64,000 bases of DNA from an uncultured Actinomycetota bacterium (GTDB lineage Bacteria; Actinomycetota; Thermoleophilia; Gaiellales; Gaiellaceae): positions 582,338 through 646,337 of the forward strand of contig CAVYAQ010000003.1 of the NCBI GenBank assembly GCA_963766565.1, read 5' to 3'. Under the pieces are notes generated by a model, which worked only from the letters and a program-made list of their open reading frames with translations, was not told the DNA's origin and did not search any database. This document shows positions 22,749 to 32,156 of the stretch, piece after piece. Position 1 is the stretch's first letter. Each line of letters starts with the position of its first letter. The position numbers and the translations under genes are program-made.

Positions 22749-23731
22749 TCGCGCACCGCCTCGATCCCGTCGGCCCGGACCACGCCCGGAACCGCCACGA
22801 CCTCGTTCCCGCGGACCACGAGCGGCCAGCCTTCGCGGTCGGAACGGGGAATTTTCGCGTCGACGAACACGTCCTGGATCTTCTTCGAGCGGCCGGCGAG
22901 ACGATCGCCCGGCCTCCACCCTCTCACGATAAGGCCTGGGAGGTCGGAGCGGATGAGCCACCCGCCGAACGTCACCTCGCCCGCCAGTGGAACCGGCCCC
23001 CGCTCGAGCCAGAGCCGGTCGTGCTCGCGGACGGCCTGGATCCCGCTGCCGAGATCGATCCGCCGCGACGCCGCCGGCGTGTCGAGGAGCTCGGCGAGCG
23101 CCGGCGGCATCGTCCGGCGCGTCTCGAGCGAGCGGAGAATGTTCTCGCGGGCGGCCGGATGGATCTGCGCGAGGAGCGGCAGGATCTCGCTGCGAATGAG
23201 CCCCCGCGTCGTGGCGGCGTTCGAGGAGTCGAGCCGGAACCCGATGCTGCGCTCCCGGCAGAACGCTTCCGTCTCCTCGCGCCAGAGCGGCAGCAGCGGG
23301 CGGACGATGCCGTCCTCGCGGCGAGCCTTGATTCCCCTGAGGTTGCCGCTCGTCGCGAGCCGGTAGAGGATCGTCTCGACCTGGTCGCTCGCGGTATGAC
23401 CGGTCGCACGCAGGCGACCGGGCGCCTGCCCGTAGCGAAGGTCGCGCAGCCCTGCCTCGGTGAGGCCCGCGCCGTCGGCCCGGACGATCTCGGCTCCGAG
23501 CGCCTCCGCACAGAAGCGCGCATCCGCATCCGACTCGGGGCCGCGGAGCCCGTGGTCGATGTGAAGCGCCGAGGCGCGATAGCCGAGCTCGCGCAGCGCG
23601 AGCAGGAGACAGGTCGAGTCCGCGCCGCCCGAGACGAAGCAGAGCGCCTCGCCGCCGGGCTCGATCAGGCCGTGGCTCGAGACGTGCTTCTCGATCCGCG
23701 CGAGCAGGTCCATCCCGGGAGTGTGCCCCAC
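22745..23731 (-). CDS. tilS: tRNA(Ile)-lysidine synthase
   Basis: The PP-loop CFVSGGADSTCLL is present, and the gene sits upstream of hpt-ftsH as in most bacteria. Confidence 0.9.
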   Translation of the reverse strand: MGHTPGMDLLARIEKHVSSHGLIEPGGEALCFVSGGADSTCLLLALRELGYRASALHIDHGLRGPESDADARFCAEALGAEIVRADGAGLTEAGLRDLRYGQAPGRLRATGHTASDQVETILYRLATSGNLRGIKARREDGIVRPLLPLWREETEAFCRERSIGFRLDSSNAATTRGLIRSEILPLLAQIHPAARENILRSLETRRTMPPALAELLDTPAASRRIDLGSGIQAVREHDRLWLERGPVPLAGEVTFGGWLIRSDLPGLIVRGWRPGDRLAGRSKKIQDVFVDAKIPRSDREGWPLVVRGNEVVAVPGVVRADGIEAVRE

Positions 23732-24325
23732 TCAGAACGTCGGCGCCTGGAGCCAGCGCTCGAGCACGCCGGCGACGGCTTCGAGCTCGTCGCGCGCGAA
23801 GGGGTAGGGCGTCGCATAGGCCGCAAAGGGCATGCGTGCGGCAGGTGCCTTCCCATCCTTCGCCTGGAGCGCGTAGGCGAGCGGGAGCGAGTGCGCGACG
23901 AGGAGGATCGCCTCCTCCGGCCGCGCGAGGAGCCCGCGGTAGGCGCGTGCATACCGCTCGACGATCGTGGCGCGGCTCTCGCCGCCAGCGCCCGGGACCG
24001 CCGAGGACGTCGAGGCGGCGGCCCAGGCCCGGTAGTCCTCGAGCGGCCCGCCCTCGTAGGGCCCGTAGCGCGGGTCGCCGAGGCCGGGAAGCACGAGCCG
24101 CGGAATGCTCCGGCCGGCGATCGCTAGGTCGGCGGTCTCGTCGGTACGTGGGAAGCCGGTCGTCACCACCAGGTCGATCGGCGCGTCGCGCAGCGCGAGC
24201 CCGAGTGCCCGCGCCTGCTCGCGTCCCTCCGCCGTGAGCCCTCCGGGGACGGCCGGATCACCGTTCAGGAGCGACCGAACGCTGAACTCGCTCTCGCCGT
24301 GCCGTGCGAGGATCGCCCGCTCCAT
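23732..24325 (-). CDS. histidine phosphatase (phosphoglycerate mutase-like) family protein
   Basis: ATG at 24325. It contains ILARHGESEFS (RHG motif) and a later VAHS motif. Confidence 0.75.
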   Translation of the reverse strand: MERAILARHGESEFSVRSLLNGDPAVPGGLTAEGREQARALGLALRDAPIDLVVTTGFPRTDETADLAIAGRSIPRLVLPGLGDPRYGPYEGGPLEDYRAWAAASTSSAVPGAGGESRATIVERYARAYRGLLARPEEAILLVAHSLPLAYALQAKDGKAPAARMPFAAYATPYPFARDELEAVAGVLERWLQAPTF

Positions 24326-25110
24326 CAGAAAAGGAGCGAGCGGTACCGCCCCACGAGCCGCATCCCGACCGACTCGTAGAGCGCGATCGCGACGTCGTTC
24401 TCGGTGCGGACGAAGAGCGTCACGATCGGCGTCGTCTCGAGGAGCAGCCGGATCAGGTCGCGCATGCCCCGAGCCCCGTAGCCCCGCCCCCGCACCTCGG
24501 CATCGACCCAGACCTGCTGCACCTGCACCGCGGCCGGCGTCCAGGCGGAAGCCTCGGCCTTGAAGAGGACCACGCCGTCTTCGAGCCAGAGCCACGAGCG
24601 ACCGTCGACGATCTGGGCCTTCGTCCGCCACCGGAACCCGTCCGGATCTCGGAGCAACGGGTCGACGCCGAGCTCGTGCTCGTGCGAGGCTGCGCAGACC
24701 GGCACGAGCAGATCGAGATCGTCGAGGGTCGCAGACCGGAGCCCGCTCGCGCCCGGTGGAGGCGGATCGGCGATCGCATACACGGGCTGCCCCGGCCGGT
24801 CGGCGCGGGGATCGCCCATCAAGCCTTCCGCCTCTCGCCAGAGCTCGCCGACCGCACGCTCGTCTCCAATCACCATCTTCGAGGTACATCCCGCAGCCGC
24901 CTCCGCAAACGCACCGCAGCCGTAGCCCGACGGCACGAGGTTCGCGCCGAGATGGCAGAGCGCGACGAGCAGGCCGCCCTCGTCGCCCACGCCGACGAAC
25001 CTGCCGTAGCCGCGGCGCGCGACATCCTCGAGGAACACGCGCTCGATCGGGTCGCGCGAGCAGAACTCGAGCACCTGGTGCGCGGTCGGTTCGATGACCT
25101 TTCCCGTCAT
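24325..25110 (-). CDS. GNAT-family acetyltransferase with N-terminal DUF4081-like region
   Basis: The C-terminal half has VWVDAEVRGRGYGARGM...LFVRTENDVAIALYESVGM. Confidence 0.65.
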   Translation of the reverse strand: MTGKVIEPTAHQVLEFCSRDPIERVFLEDVARRGYGRFVGVGDEGGLLVALCHLGANLVPSGYGCGAFAEAAAGCTSKMVIGDERAVGELWREAEGLMGDPRADRPGQPVYAIADPPPPGASGLRSATLDDLDLLVPVCAASHEHELGVDPLLRDPDGFRWRTKAQIVDGRSWLWLEDGVVLFKAEASAWTPAAVQVQQVWVDAEVRGRGYGARGMRDLIRLLLETTPIVTLFVRTENDVAIALYESVGMRLVGRYRSLLF

Positions 25111-25174
25111 GCCTCAAGAGAATGTAGAAGTTCGACGGCGGTTGCAGCCGCGCTTCGAATAGGGTTCCGGCGCG

Positions 25175-25891
25175 ATGCCGATCCATGTCCGTGCCGAGCC
25201 CGGGGAGTACGCCGAGGCGGTGCTCCTCCCGGGAGATCCCCTCCGGGCGGCCTACATCGCCGAGACCTACTTCGACGACCCGGTGAAGCGGAACGCCGAG
25301 CGGGGCCTGCTCGGCTACACCGGTACCTGGAAGGGCAAGCCGGTTTCCGTTCAGGGCACGGGTATGGGCTGCCCCGGAGCGACCATCGTCTTCGAGGAGC
25401 TCGTCCAGCTCGGCTGCAAGAAGCTGATCCGCGTCGGCACCTGCGGCGGGCTTCAGCCGGCCCACGCGCTCGGCGACCTGATCGTGGCGCTCACCGCCGT
25501 CCCAGCCGACTCGACGGCGATGCATCTCGTCGGGAACGAGCCCCACTGCCCCACGGCCTCCTGGTCGCTGATCCACGAAGCGGTTCACCTTGCCAAGCAC
25601 AGCGAGACGGAGCTCCACGTCGGCCCGATCGTCTCGAGCGATCTCTTCTACAACCCCGACGGTGGGCAGTACGAGCGCTGGTCGTCGCGGGGCATCCTCG
25701 CGGTAGAGATGGAGGCTGCGGCGCTCTTCACCGTTGCCGCACTGAAGAAGATCGAGTCGGCGTGCCTGCTCACCGTCTCGGACATCGTCGTCGAGGGCGA
25801 GTTCAAGCGGATCAGCGACGAGGAGCTGAAGGCGGCCGTCGACCGGATGACGAAGCTCGCTCTCGATGTGGCGATAGCCGACCAGGGGTAG
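25175..25891 (+). CDS. deoD: purine nucleoside phosphorylase, DeoD type
   Basis: It contains AVLLPGDPLRA...VSVQGTGMGCPGATIVFEEL...GILAVEMEAAALF. Confidence 0.92.
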   Translation: MPIHVRAEPGEYAEAVLLPGDPLRAAYIAETYFDDPVKRNAERGLLGYTGTWKGKPVSVQGTGMGCPGATIVFEELVQLGCKKLIRVGTCGGLQPAHALGDLIVALTAVPADSTAMHLVGNEPHCPTASWSLIHEAVHLAKHSETELHVGPIVSSDLFYNPDGGQYERWSSRGILAVEMEAAALFTVAALKKIESACLLTVSDIVVEGEFKRISDEELKAAVDRMTKLALDVAIADQG

Positions 25892-25917
25892 CTCCGCCCC
25901 TTGTGCAGCTTCCTCCC

Positions 25918-26826
25918 GTGAGCGAGCCGCGGGCGATCTTCCTCGTGAACCCGGCGAGCGCGAACGGCGCCACCGCCAAGCGCTGGCCGAAGCTCCGGGC
26001 CCGGGCGGCCGAGCTCGGGCTTCGAGGCGACGAGCTCCTCTCCGAAGCCCCCGGGCACCTCACCGACCTGGCACGCGGCATCGCGGGCGAAGGGCGGCTG
26101 TTGGTCGTCGTCGGAGGCGACGGCACGCTGAACGAGGTCGCAAACGGGATCGCCGGCACCGGCGCGGAGGTCGCGGTGCTGCCCAACGGCACCGGGCAGG
26201 ACTTCGGGCGGACGCACGGGATCCCGTCCCGGTTCGACGATGCCGTCGAGGTGGCGCTCTCCGGCAGGGCCCGGGAGGTCGACCTGGGCCGCGCCGACTT
26301 CCGCGGACCTGACGGAGAGGAGGCGAGCCGGATCTTCGCCAACGTCGGGTCGGTGGGGATGAGCGGTGCAGTCGCGCGCCGGGCGAACTCGATGTCGAAG
26401 GCGCTCGGCGGGCGCACGACGTTCTACTACGCGCTCGTGCGCGAGTTCGCCCGCTGGAAGAACACCGAGGTCACGGTCACCTGCGACGGCGAGGAGCGCC
26501 GAGGGCCGATGCACGACGTGATCGTCGCGAACGGCCGCTGGCACGGAGGCGGAATGAAGCTCGCCCCCGGCGCGGACGCCCGGGACGGCCTCTTCGACGT
26601 GGTCCTGATCGGCGATGTCACGAAGCTCGACTTCGTGACCACCTCGCCGAAGCTCTACAGCGGCGGGCACATCGGCCATCCGCGCGTCGACGTGCTCCGC
26701 GGCGCCGTGCTGACCGTCGAGGGCGCCTCGCCGCTTCCGCTCGAGCTCGACGGCGAAGTCGCCGGGACGACGCCGGTGCGATTCGAGGTGCTGCCCGGTG
26801 CGCTTCTGCTGCGAGCTCCCGGCTAG
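25918..26826 (+). CDS. diacylglycerol/lipid kinase family protein (YegS/DagK-like)
   Basis: It contains IFLVNPASANG...VVVGGDGTLNEVANG... The start is GTG at 25918 (or 25903). It is the C-terminal part of an artefactual 840-aa ORF. Confidence 0.8.
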   Translation: MSEPRAIFLVNPASANGATAKRWPKLRARAAELGLRGDELLSEAPGHLTDLARGIAGEGRLLVVVGGDGTLNEVANGIAGTGAEVAVLPNGTGQDFGRTHGIPSRFDDAVEVALSGRAREVDLGRADFRGPDGEEASRIFANVGSVGMSGAVARRANSMSKALGGRTTFYYALVREFARWKNTEVTVTCDGEERRGPMHDVIVANGRWHGGGMKLAPGADARDGLFDVVLIGDVTKLDFVTTSPKLYSGGHIGHPRVDVLRGAVLTVEGASPLPLELDGEVAGTTPVRFEVLPGALLLRAPG

Positions 26827-27146
26827 CTCCCGTTCGTCGCCTCGGTCGATGCCGCGTGCGGTGTCGCCGTCGTTGCAGCGGTCGTCTTCTTCGCCGTGGA
26901 GCGCGTGCGAGTCCTCGACGCGGGCTTCTTCGCCTTGCCCTCGAGCGCGGTGAGGCGCTTCTCGATCGACGTGAGGCGCTTCTCGATCGATTCGAAGCCG
27001 GCGAACACCTTCCCACCCTTGTCCTTGAGCTGCGATGCCCCCTGCAGGGCCGAGCGCGTCGCCGGGTTCTTCGTGATCTTCCCGAGCGCGTCCTCGCCGA
27101 CAGCCTGGAGTTGCTCGATCACGGACTTCTTGCTGTTCTGCGGCAT
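26823..27146 (-). CDS. small coiled-coil hypothetical protein (107 aa) with basic Ser/Thr/Ala-rich tail
   Basis: ATG at 27146. The sequence is MPQNSKKSVIEQLQAVGEDALGKI...SIEKRLTSIEKRLTALEGK. It contains an in-frame 21-bp tandem duplication. Confidence 0.55.
   Translation of the reverse strand: MPQNSKKSVIEQLQAVGEDALGKITKNPATRSALQGASQLKDKGGKVFAGFESIEKRLTSIEKRLTALEGKAKKPASRTRTRSTAKKTTAATTATPHAASTEATNGS
26950..26991. repeat. 2 x 21-bp tandem direct repeat (coding, SIEKRLT x2)
   Basis: GTGAGGCGCTTCTCGATCGAC / GTGAGGCGCTTCTCGATCGAT, with one mismatch. Confidence 0.9.
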
Positions 27147-27251
27147 CTCAATCCACTCCTGTCCGTTAGTCACCGTCCGGAAACCTAACGATACGCGAGC
27201 CGGTGGCGGCGCTCTGTTGACAACTGTCAGCGAAGGCGTAAAGTCCGCCAT

Positions 27252-27836
27252 ATGTCCAGAAGAGCCATGCTCAGAAGAGCCGTGCGATGGGCAGGCGCGA
27301 ACCTCGCGCCACTCGTGCTGATCCCGCTCGCGGCCGGCCTGATCTGGATCGCGGTGTGGCGGGTCTGGCTGCCGCCCGCAGACGGCGGCGGCACGGTCAC
27401 GACATCGGTGACGACGGTGAACGCGAACGCGAAGACCGACCCGACCCACAAGGTGACGCGTGTCGTGCGCGCGGCCCGCGGCAGCTCGCCGTCGCGCCGA
27501 TCGGAGGCGCTTGCACTGGCGCTCGTCTTCCTCGGCGCGGGAGCAGCGGTCGTCGCGGTCTTCCACGCCCGGATCGCGAGTGTCGAGCTCGGCAAGGACG
27601 GGATCAAGCTCGACCTCGATCCGGCCGGGCAGGCCGGGGCGGCGGCGCTCGTCACCCGGCTCGCGGCGAGCGGCGCGCCGCCGTGGAGCTACGGCCGGGG
27701 GCTCGACCGCTACCTCAGGGCGCTGGCATCTCGCCGAAGTGCCGTCGGGACGAGGCCCGGGCCGGCCACGGCCGTCGGGCCCGGTTCCGAGCAGACCGTC
27801 GCGCTCGCAGACCGGATCGCCGACGAGCTCCTCTGA
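27252..27836 (+). CDS. hypothetical membrane protein (two hydrophobic segments)
   Basis: This 194-aa ORF has strong G/C third-position bias. The TM-like stretches are LAPLVLIPLAAGLIWIAVW and ALALALVFLGAGAAVVAVF. I recognise no family. Confidence 0.45.
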   Translation: MSRRAMLRRAVRWAGANLAPLVLIPLAAGLIWIAVWRVWLPPADGGGTVTTSVTTVNANAKTDPTHKVTRVVRAARGSSPSRRSEALALALVFLGAGAAVVAVFHARIASVELGKDGIKLDLDPAGQAGAAALVTRLAASGAPPWSYGRGLDRYLRALASRRSAVGTRPGPATAVGPGSEQTVALADRIADELL

Positions 27837-27871
27837 GCGAAGTCGTCACTCCCGCGGTCTACCCTCGGGGC

Positions 27872-28927
27872 ATGATCGTCGCGCACCTCGATCTCGACGC
27901 GTTCTTCGCCGCTGTGGAGGAGCTCGAGAATCCCGAGCTTCGGCGGGTTCCGCTCGTCGTCGGCGGGGACCCGCGCGGCCGGGGCGTCGTTGCGACCGCG
28001 AACTACGTGGCGCGGCGGTTCGGGGTCGTGTCGGCGATGTCGTGCGCCGAAGCGCTCCGCAGGTGCCCCCAGGCAGTGTTCGTGCGGCCGCGCGGCTCGC
28101 TCTACAGGGAGTACTCGCGCGAGGTCTGGACGATCGTGCGCGAGATCGTGCCCACGGTCGAGCAGGCCGGGATCGACGAGGGCTATCTCGATCTGGGCGA
28201 GCTCGCCCCCGCCTTCGACGATGCCCGAGCCCTTGCCGAGGCGGTGCGCGCCGTCGTCAGGGCGCGCACGAGGCTCTCCTGTTCGCTCGGCGTCGCAAGC
28301 TCGAAGGTCGTGGCAAAGGTCGCCTCGGACCGCCGCAAGCCGGGTGGGCTCACCGTCGTGCGACCCGGGCACGAGGCGGGTTTCCTGGCGCCGTTCCCGA
28401 TCCGCGTGCTCCCGGGCATCGGCCCGCGAGCAGGCGCACGCCTCACGGCTGTAGGAGTCGAGACGATCGGCGCCGTCGCCGCGCTCGGGGACGCGGAGCT
28501 CGCTGCGCTGCTCCCGGGCAAGGCCGGCCAGGTCGTGCGGGACCGGGCCCGCGGGATCGATCCACGGATGCTCGAGGTCTCGAGCGAGCGGATCTCCATC
28601 TCGAGCGAGGAGACCTTCGAGCGGGACGTCGCCGACGTAGAGCGGCTCCACGGCGAGCTCCGACGCATGGCTGCCGGGCTCGCGCGCCATCTCGAAGAGC
28701 ACGAGCAGGTAGCGCGCACCGTCGTCACGAAGCTCCGCTACCCCGACTTCTCGATCCGGACACGGTCGACCTCGCTCAGCGCCGGAACCGACGATGCCGG
28801 GCGGATCGGCGAGCTGGCCTGCTCGCTGCTCGACCGCGCGCTCCGCGACCGGCCGGGGCCGCTCCGGCTCGTCGGTGTCGGGCTCTCGGGCCTGACCGAT
28901 CACGCGCAGCTCGAGCTCGCGCTCTGA
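27872..28927 (+). CDS. dinB: DNA polymerase IV
   Basis: MIVAHLDLDAFFAAVEELENPEL...VVGG...SIDEGYLDL-type motifs (here GIDEGYLDL) are present. The start is ATG at 27872. Confidence 0.93.
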   Translation: MIVAHLDLDAFFAAVEELENPELRRVPLVVGGDPRGRGVVATANYVARRFGVVSAMSCAEALRRCPQAVFVRPRGSLYREYSREVWTIVREIVPTVEQAGIDEGYLDLGELAPAFDDARALAEAVRAVVRARTRLSCSLGVASSKVVAKVASDRRKPGGLTVVRPGHEAGFLAPFPIRVLPGIGPRAGARLTAVGVETIGAVAALGDAELAALLPGKAGQVVRDRARGIDPRMLEVSSERISISSEETFERDVADVERLHGELRRMAAGLARHLEEHEQVARTVVTKLRYPDFSIRTRSTSLSAGTDDAGRIGELACSLLDRALRDRPGPLRLVGVGLSGLTDHAQLELAL

Positions 28928-28940
28928 GAGAGTGCGGCCG

Positions 28941-29375
28941 ATGGAGGGCTTTCACCAGGCAGCGGCGGTCAGGGTTCGCTTCGCGGAGACCGACGCCCAG
29001 GGCGTCGCGCACAACTCGAACTACCTCGTGTGGTTCGAGGTCGCGCGCGTCGAGTTCCTGGAGCGAGTCGCGGGTGGCTACCAGCGCCTACGGGACGAAG
29101 GGATCGAGTCGCTCGTGCTCGAGGCGCACGTCCGCTTCCTCGCGCCCGCCGTGTTCGACGACCGGCTGCTGATCCACACACGCTGCCTCGATGCCCGCGG
29201 CGCGCGCTTCAGGTTCGAGTACGCAATCGAGCGCGCCGGGCAGGTGATCGCCGACGGCTGGACGGCGCACGGCACCGTCGACAGAGCGACGCTGCGCCCG
29301 ACGCGGACCCCTCAGTGGTTGCGGGAGGCTATTGCAGGTTGCGAGCCGCCTGAGCGGGACTCGCCGGAGTCGTAG
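28941..29375 (+). CDS. acyl-CoA thioesterase, 4HBT/YbgC family
   Basis: VRFAETDAQGVAHNSNYLVWFEVARVEFL is the hot-dog fold signature. An alternative GTG start lies at 28932. Confidence 0.8.
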   Translation: MEGFHQAAAVRVRFAETDAQGVAHNSNYLVWFEVARVEFLERVAGGYQRLRDEGIESLVLEAHVRFLAPAVFDDRLLIHTRCLDARGARFRFEYAIERAGQVIADGWTAHGTVDRATLRPTRTPQWLREAIAGCEPPERDSPES

Positions 29376-31197
29376 TCGTTGTCGTCGATGCGGGCGGGGT
29401 CTTCGGCTTCGACTTCGGCTTCGGAGGCGCCTTCGGCGTCGGCCCCACGAGCAGGAGCTCGGGGCTCGAGCGGTAGCTCGAGTACCACGTGTTGTCGGAC
29501 ATGAGCTTCCCGTCCGGGGCGTAGACGAGTCGCTCGACCGAGGTCGAATACGCGTTCTCACCGGGATCCTGAACCTCGCTCGTTCCCGGCGCGAGCGAGG
29601 GATCGAGGGTCTTCTCGACCGGCGGCGGGCCGACGAACTTCAGCGGCGCGGTGTTCGTGACGACGCGTCGATGCTGCGGAGTCCCGTACAGCGAGACGAC
29701 GAGCGAGGATTCGCCGACGAAGGTACGGAGCAGCAGCCAGTGGCTCGTGTCGTTCACGAACTTGAGGTCGATGTCCGGGTAGTCGACGGTGGCGTCGCGC
29801 CCCAGCGGGTAGTGCGAGATGTAGAGCGCGTGATTCGTCCGCGCCGTGATCGGAAGCCCCGCCTCGTAGGCGGCGTTGAAGACCGTCGTCGAGACCTGGC
29901 AGACGCCTCCTCCGAGGCCCGTCTGGAGCTCGCCGTTGATGATCACGGGCGCCTCGACGAAGCCTTTCGCGGCGGTGCGGGCGCCTGTCGCCTTGTTGAA
30001 CGAGAACGTGGCTCCGGGGGCGATCAGCTTGTTGTCCACGAGGTGGGCGACGAGCTCGACGTTGTGAATCCGGTTCGCGATCCCGCCGTAGATCGTCTCG
30101 TAGCTCGAGACGAGGCCCGTGATCCCCATCGCGTTCGCCTCGGCGGTGGTCCGGCCGGGGATCGAGGTGGCGATCGTGAGGTGCGCCACGCGATCGTTGG
30201 TCGACTCTGCCGCCGCGAGGAGGGCCGCGGCCGAGCGGGGCACATCCAGGCTCAGCCCCGTGACCGCCGGCACGACGACGACCCGGCTCCCGTATGCCGC
30301 GAAATGGGCGCTGCGGGCCGGGCGGCCGACAAGGTGGTCGAGCTTCTCGAAGTAGGCGTTCGCGGCCGCGCCGCCCAGGATCGGCGCACCGCCCTTCACC
30401 GTCGGCAGCTGGAGCATCCGGGCGATCTGGTCGGGGTCGAGCTGGAACGCCCGCTTTCCGGCGATCACCTTGACAGGCGCCGAGATCGCGCGTTCGGCAA
30501 CCGCACGCGCTCCGTTCAGGTCCGGCCCGGTGATCGCCGGCTGCTGGACGGCGGTCGGGAGCTCGACCGGGCCCGAGCGTCCGAGGCCCGCGAGGGCGGC
30601 GACGAGGATCTTCGCGGCATCGTTCCGGTCGAGCACCTCGCCGGGCTGGCCGGGGACGATCCCGATGTTCAGGCCGTGGCGCACGAGCCGCGCGGGCTTG
30701 TACGGGCGGTCGACCTTACCGGCGATCACGCTGATCTCGTAGTTCAGCGCCGCCTGGTAGGCCTCTACCTTTGGCGTGATCTCCGAGGGGAAGAGGCGCA
30801 GCTCGAGCCGGCTGAAGCCGCGGATGACCTCCATCCCCGAGCCCACTCCCTGTGCTTGCTCGACGGCTTTCGACCAGTCCGGCGTGACACTCAGCTCCTC
30901 GGGACGGATCCTGAACTGGTGCGTGCCGGCGACGAAGGTCACGGGAACGTGCGAGAGCCTCGCGCCTCTCTGCTCGAGCTTCGTGCGTGCGGCCGCGGCA
31001 TCGAGACCGCCGACGTCGACACCTGCGATCGTCGTGCCGGCCGCGATCGTGCCGGGTGAGCCGGAGAAGAGAAATCCGACCGCAACGACGACGGCGACGA
31101 GCATCGCGACCGCGGCAGCGACGCGAAAGTGGCCGTCGCGGACGGCAGGGGCGGTACGGCGAACACGGGCAGGCGGCATGGAAGCGCGGACGCTCAA
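29329..31197 (-). CDS. membrane-anchored VanW-family protein with G5-like C-terminal region
   Basis: The N-terminal TM is VAAAVAMLVAVVVAVGFLF. The VanW core is FSFNKATGART...GGGVCQVSTTVFNAAYEAGL...HALYISHYPLGRDATV. The tail is Pro/Lys/Thr-rich. Confidence 0.8.
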   Translation of the reverse strand: MSVRASMPPARVRRTAPAVRDGHFRVAAAVAMLVAVVVAVGFLFSGSPGTIAAGTTIAGVDVGGLDAAAARTKLEQRGARLSHVPVTFVAGTHQFRIRPEELSVTPDWSKAVEQAQGVGSGMEVIRGFSRLELRLFPSEITPKVEAYQAALNYEISVIAGKVDRPYKPARLVRHGLNIGIVPGQPGEVLDRNDAAKILVAALAGLGRSGPVELPTAVQQPAITGPDLNGARAVAERAISAPVKVIAGKRAFQLDPDQIARMLQLPTVKGGAPILGGAAANAYFEKLDHLVGRPARSAHFAAYGSRVVVVPAVTGLSLDVPRSAAALLAAAESTNDRVAHLTIATSIPGRTTAEANAMGITGLVSSYETIYGGIANRIHNVELVAHLVDNKLIAPGATFSFNKATGARTAAKGFVEAPVIINGELQTGLGGGVCQVSTTVFNAAYEAGLPITARTNHALYISHYPLGRDATVDYPDIDLKFVNDTSHWLLLRTFVGESSLVVSLYGTPQHRRVVTNTAPLKFVGPPPVEKTLDPSLAPGTSEVQDPGENAYSTSVERLVYAPDGKLMSDNTWYSSYRSSPELLLVGPTPKAPPKPKSKPKTPPASTTTTTTPASPAQAARNLQ

Positions 31198-31228
31198 GGC
31201 GGCAAATCCTATCGGGCGCCTGCCGGGG

Positions 31229-32143
31229 CTACGGTGAAATTTTGGTGAGGACGCTTCCTATTCGCTCGGTGGGTGCCTCCTCTTCCGCCTGGTCCGGGCG
31301 GGGCGGCTCACGGCGCGCCACCGCGGCGGCCCCGAGAACGACGCAGCCGAAGGCGACGAAACGGAGCCCACCCAGCACGCCCGGGGGCATCGTCTCGTGG
31401 AAGATCGCGAGGCCCGCCGCGATCGGGAGGGCGTTCGTCATGAACGACGAGAGCCCGGCGGTCGCGAGCGCCCGACCGCGCTGGAACGAGAACTGGATCA
31501 GCACGAAAGCGAGCCCGTGGCAGGCCCAGACCGGCGCCGCGAACAGCACGAGCGCGCCGCCGTGCACCGCCTCTTTCGTCCCCACGTCGGCGGCCGCGTA
31601 GGTGACTCCGGCCGCGAGGCCGAAGCCGGCACCCGGCGCAAGCCGCGGCGCAAGCGGGCCGATCGCGAGCGCGACGACGACGAAGGAGACGAGAAACCAG
31701 ACGGCGACGGCGGTCCACGACCCGGCGGCGCTGCCGCTCGAGCCCCCGGCGAGCGAGACGGAGAGAAAGACGAGCCCGAGAACCGCGAGCCCGACCCCGA
31801 ACCACTCGCGACGTGGAAGGGGCGTGCCTTCCTCGCGCTGGACGAGCACGGCCAGGAGCGCGAGGCCGCCGGCCGAGACGGCCTGCACGAGGGAGAGCGG
31901 CGCCAGCCCAAGGGCGACGATGTACAGCGCCCAGCCGGCGATCCCGATCAGGAAAGCGTTTCGCCAGCGGCGGTTCCCGAAGAGAAGGCCGAGCGAGCGC
32001 CAGGGATGCCGGAGTGTCAGGCGCGGCAGTTTCGAGGTGATCGAGTGCTGCGCCACCCACGACCAGTTGAAGGCCGCGGCGGTCAGAAGGGCGAGTGCGA
32101 GCCCGAGAACGAGGGAAGCGTGGGGGAAGATGCCCATCTGCAT
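31229..32143 (-). CDS. multi-pass membrane protein, DMT/EamA-like
   Basis: This 304-aa protein consists almost entirely of hydrophobic helices with short basic loops. The family call is tentative. Confidence 0.5.
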   Translation of the reverse strand: MQMGIFPHASLVLGLALALLTAAAFNWSWVAQHSITSKLPRLTLRHPWRSLGLLFGNRRWRNAFLIGIAGWALYIVALGLAPLSLVQAVSAGGLALLAVLVQREEGTPLPRREWFGVGLAVLGLVFLSVSLAGGSSGSAAGSWTAVAVWFLVSFVVVALAIGPLAPRLAPGAGFGLAAGVTYAAADVGTKEAVHGGALVLFAAPVWACHGLAFVLIQFSFQRGRALATAGLSSFMTNALPIAAGLAIFHETMPPGVLGGLRFVAFGCVVLGAAAVARREPPRPDQAEEEAPTERIGSVLTKISP

Positions 32144-32156
32144 CTAGTCTTGCGCG

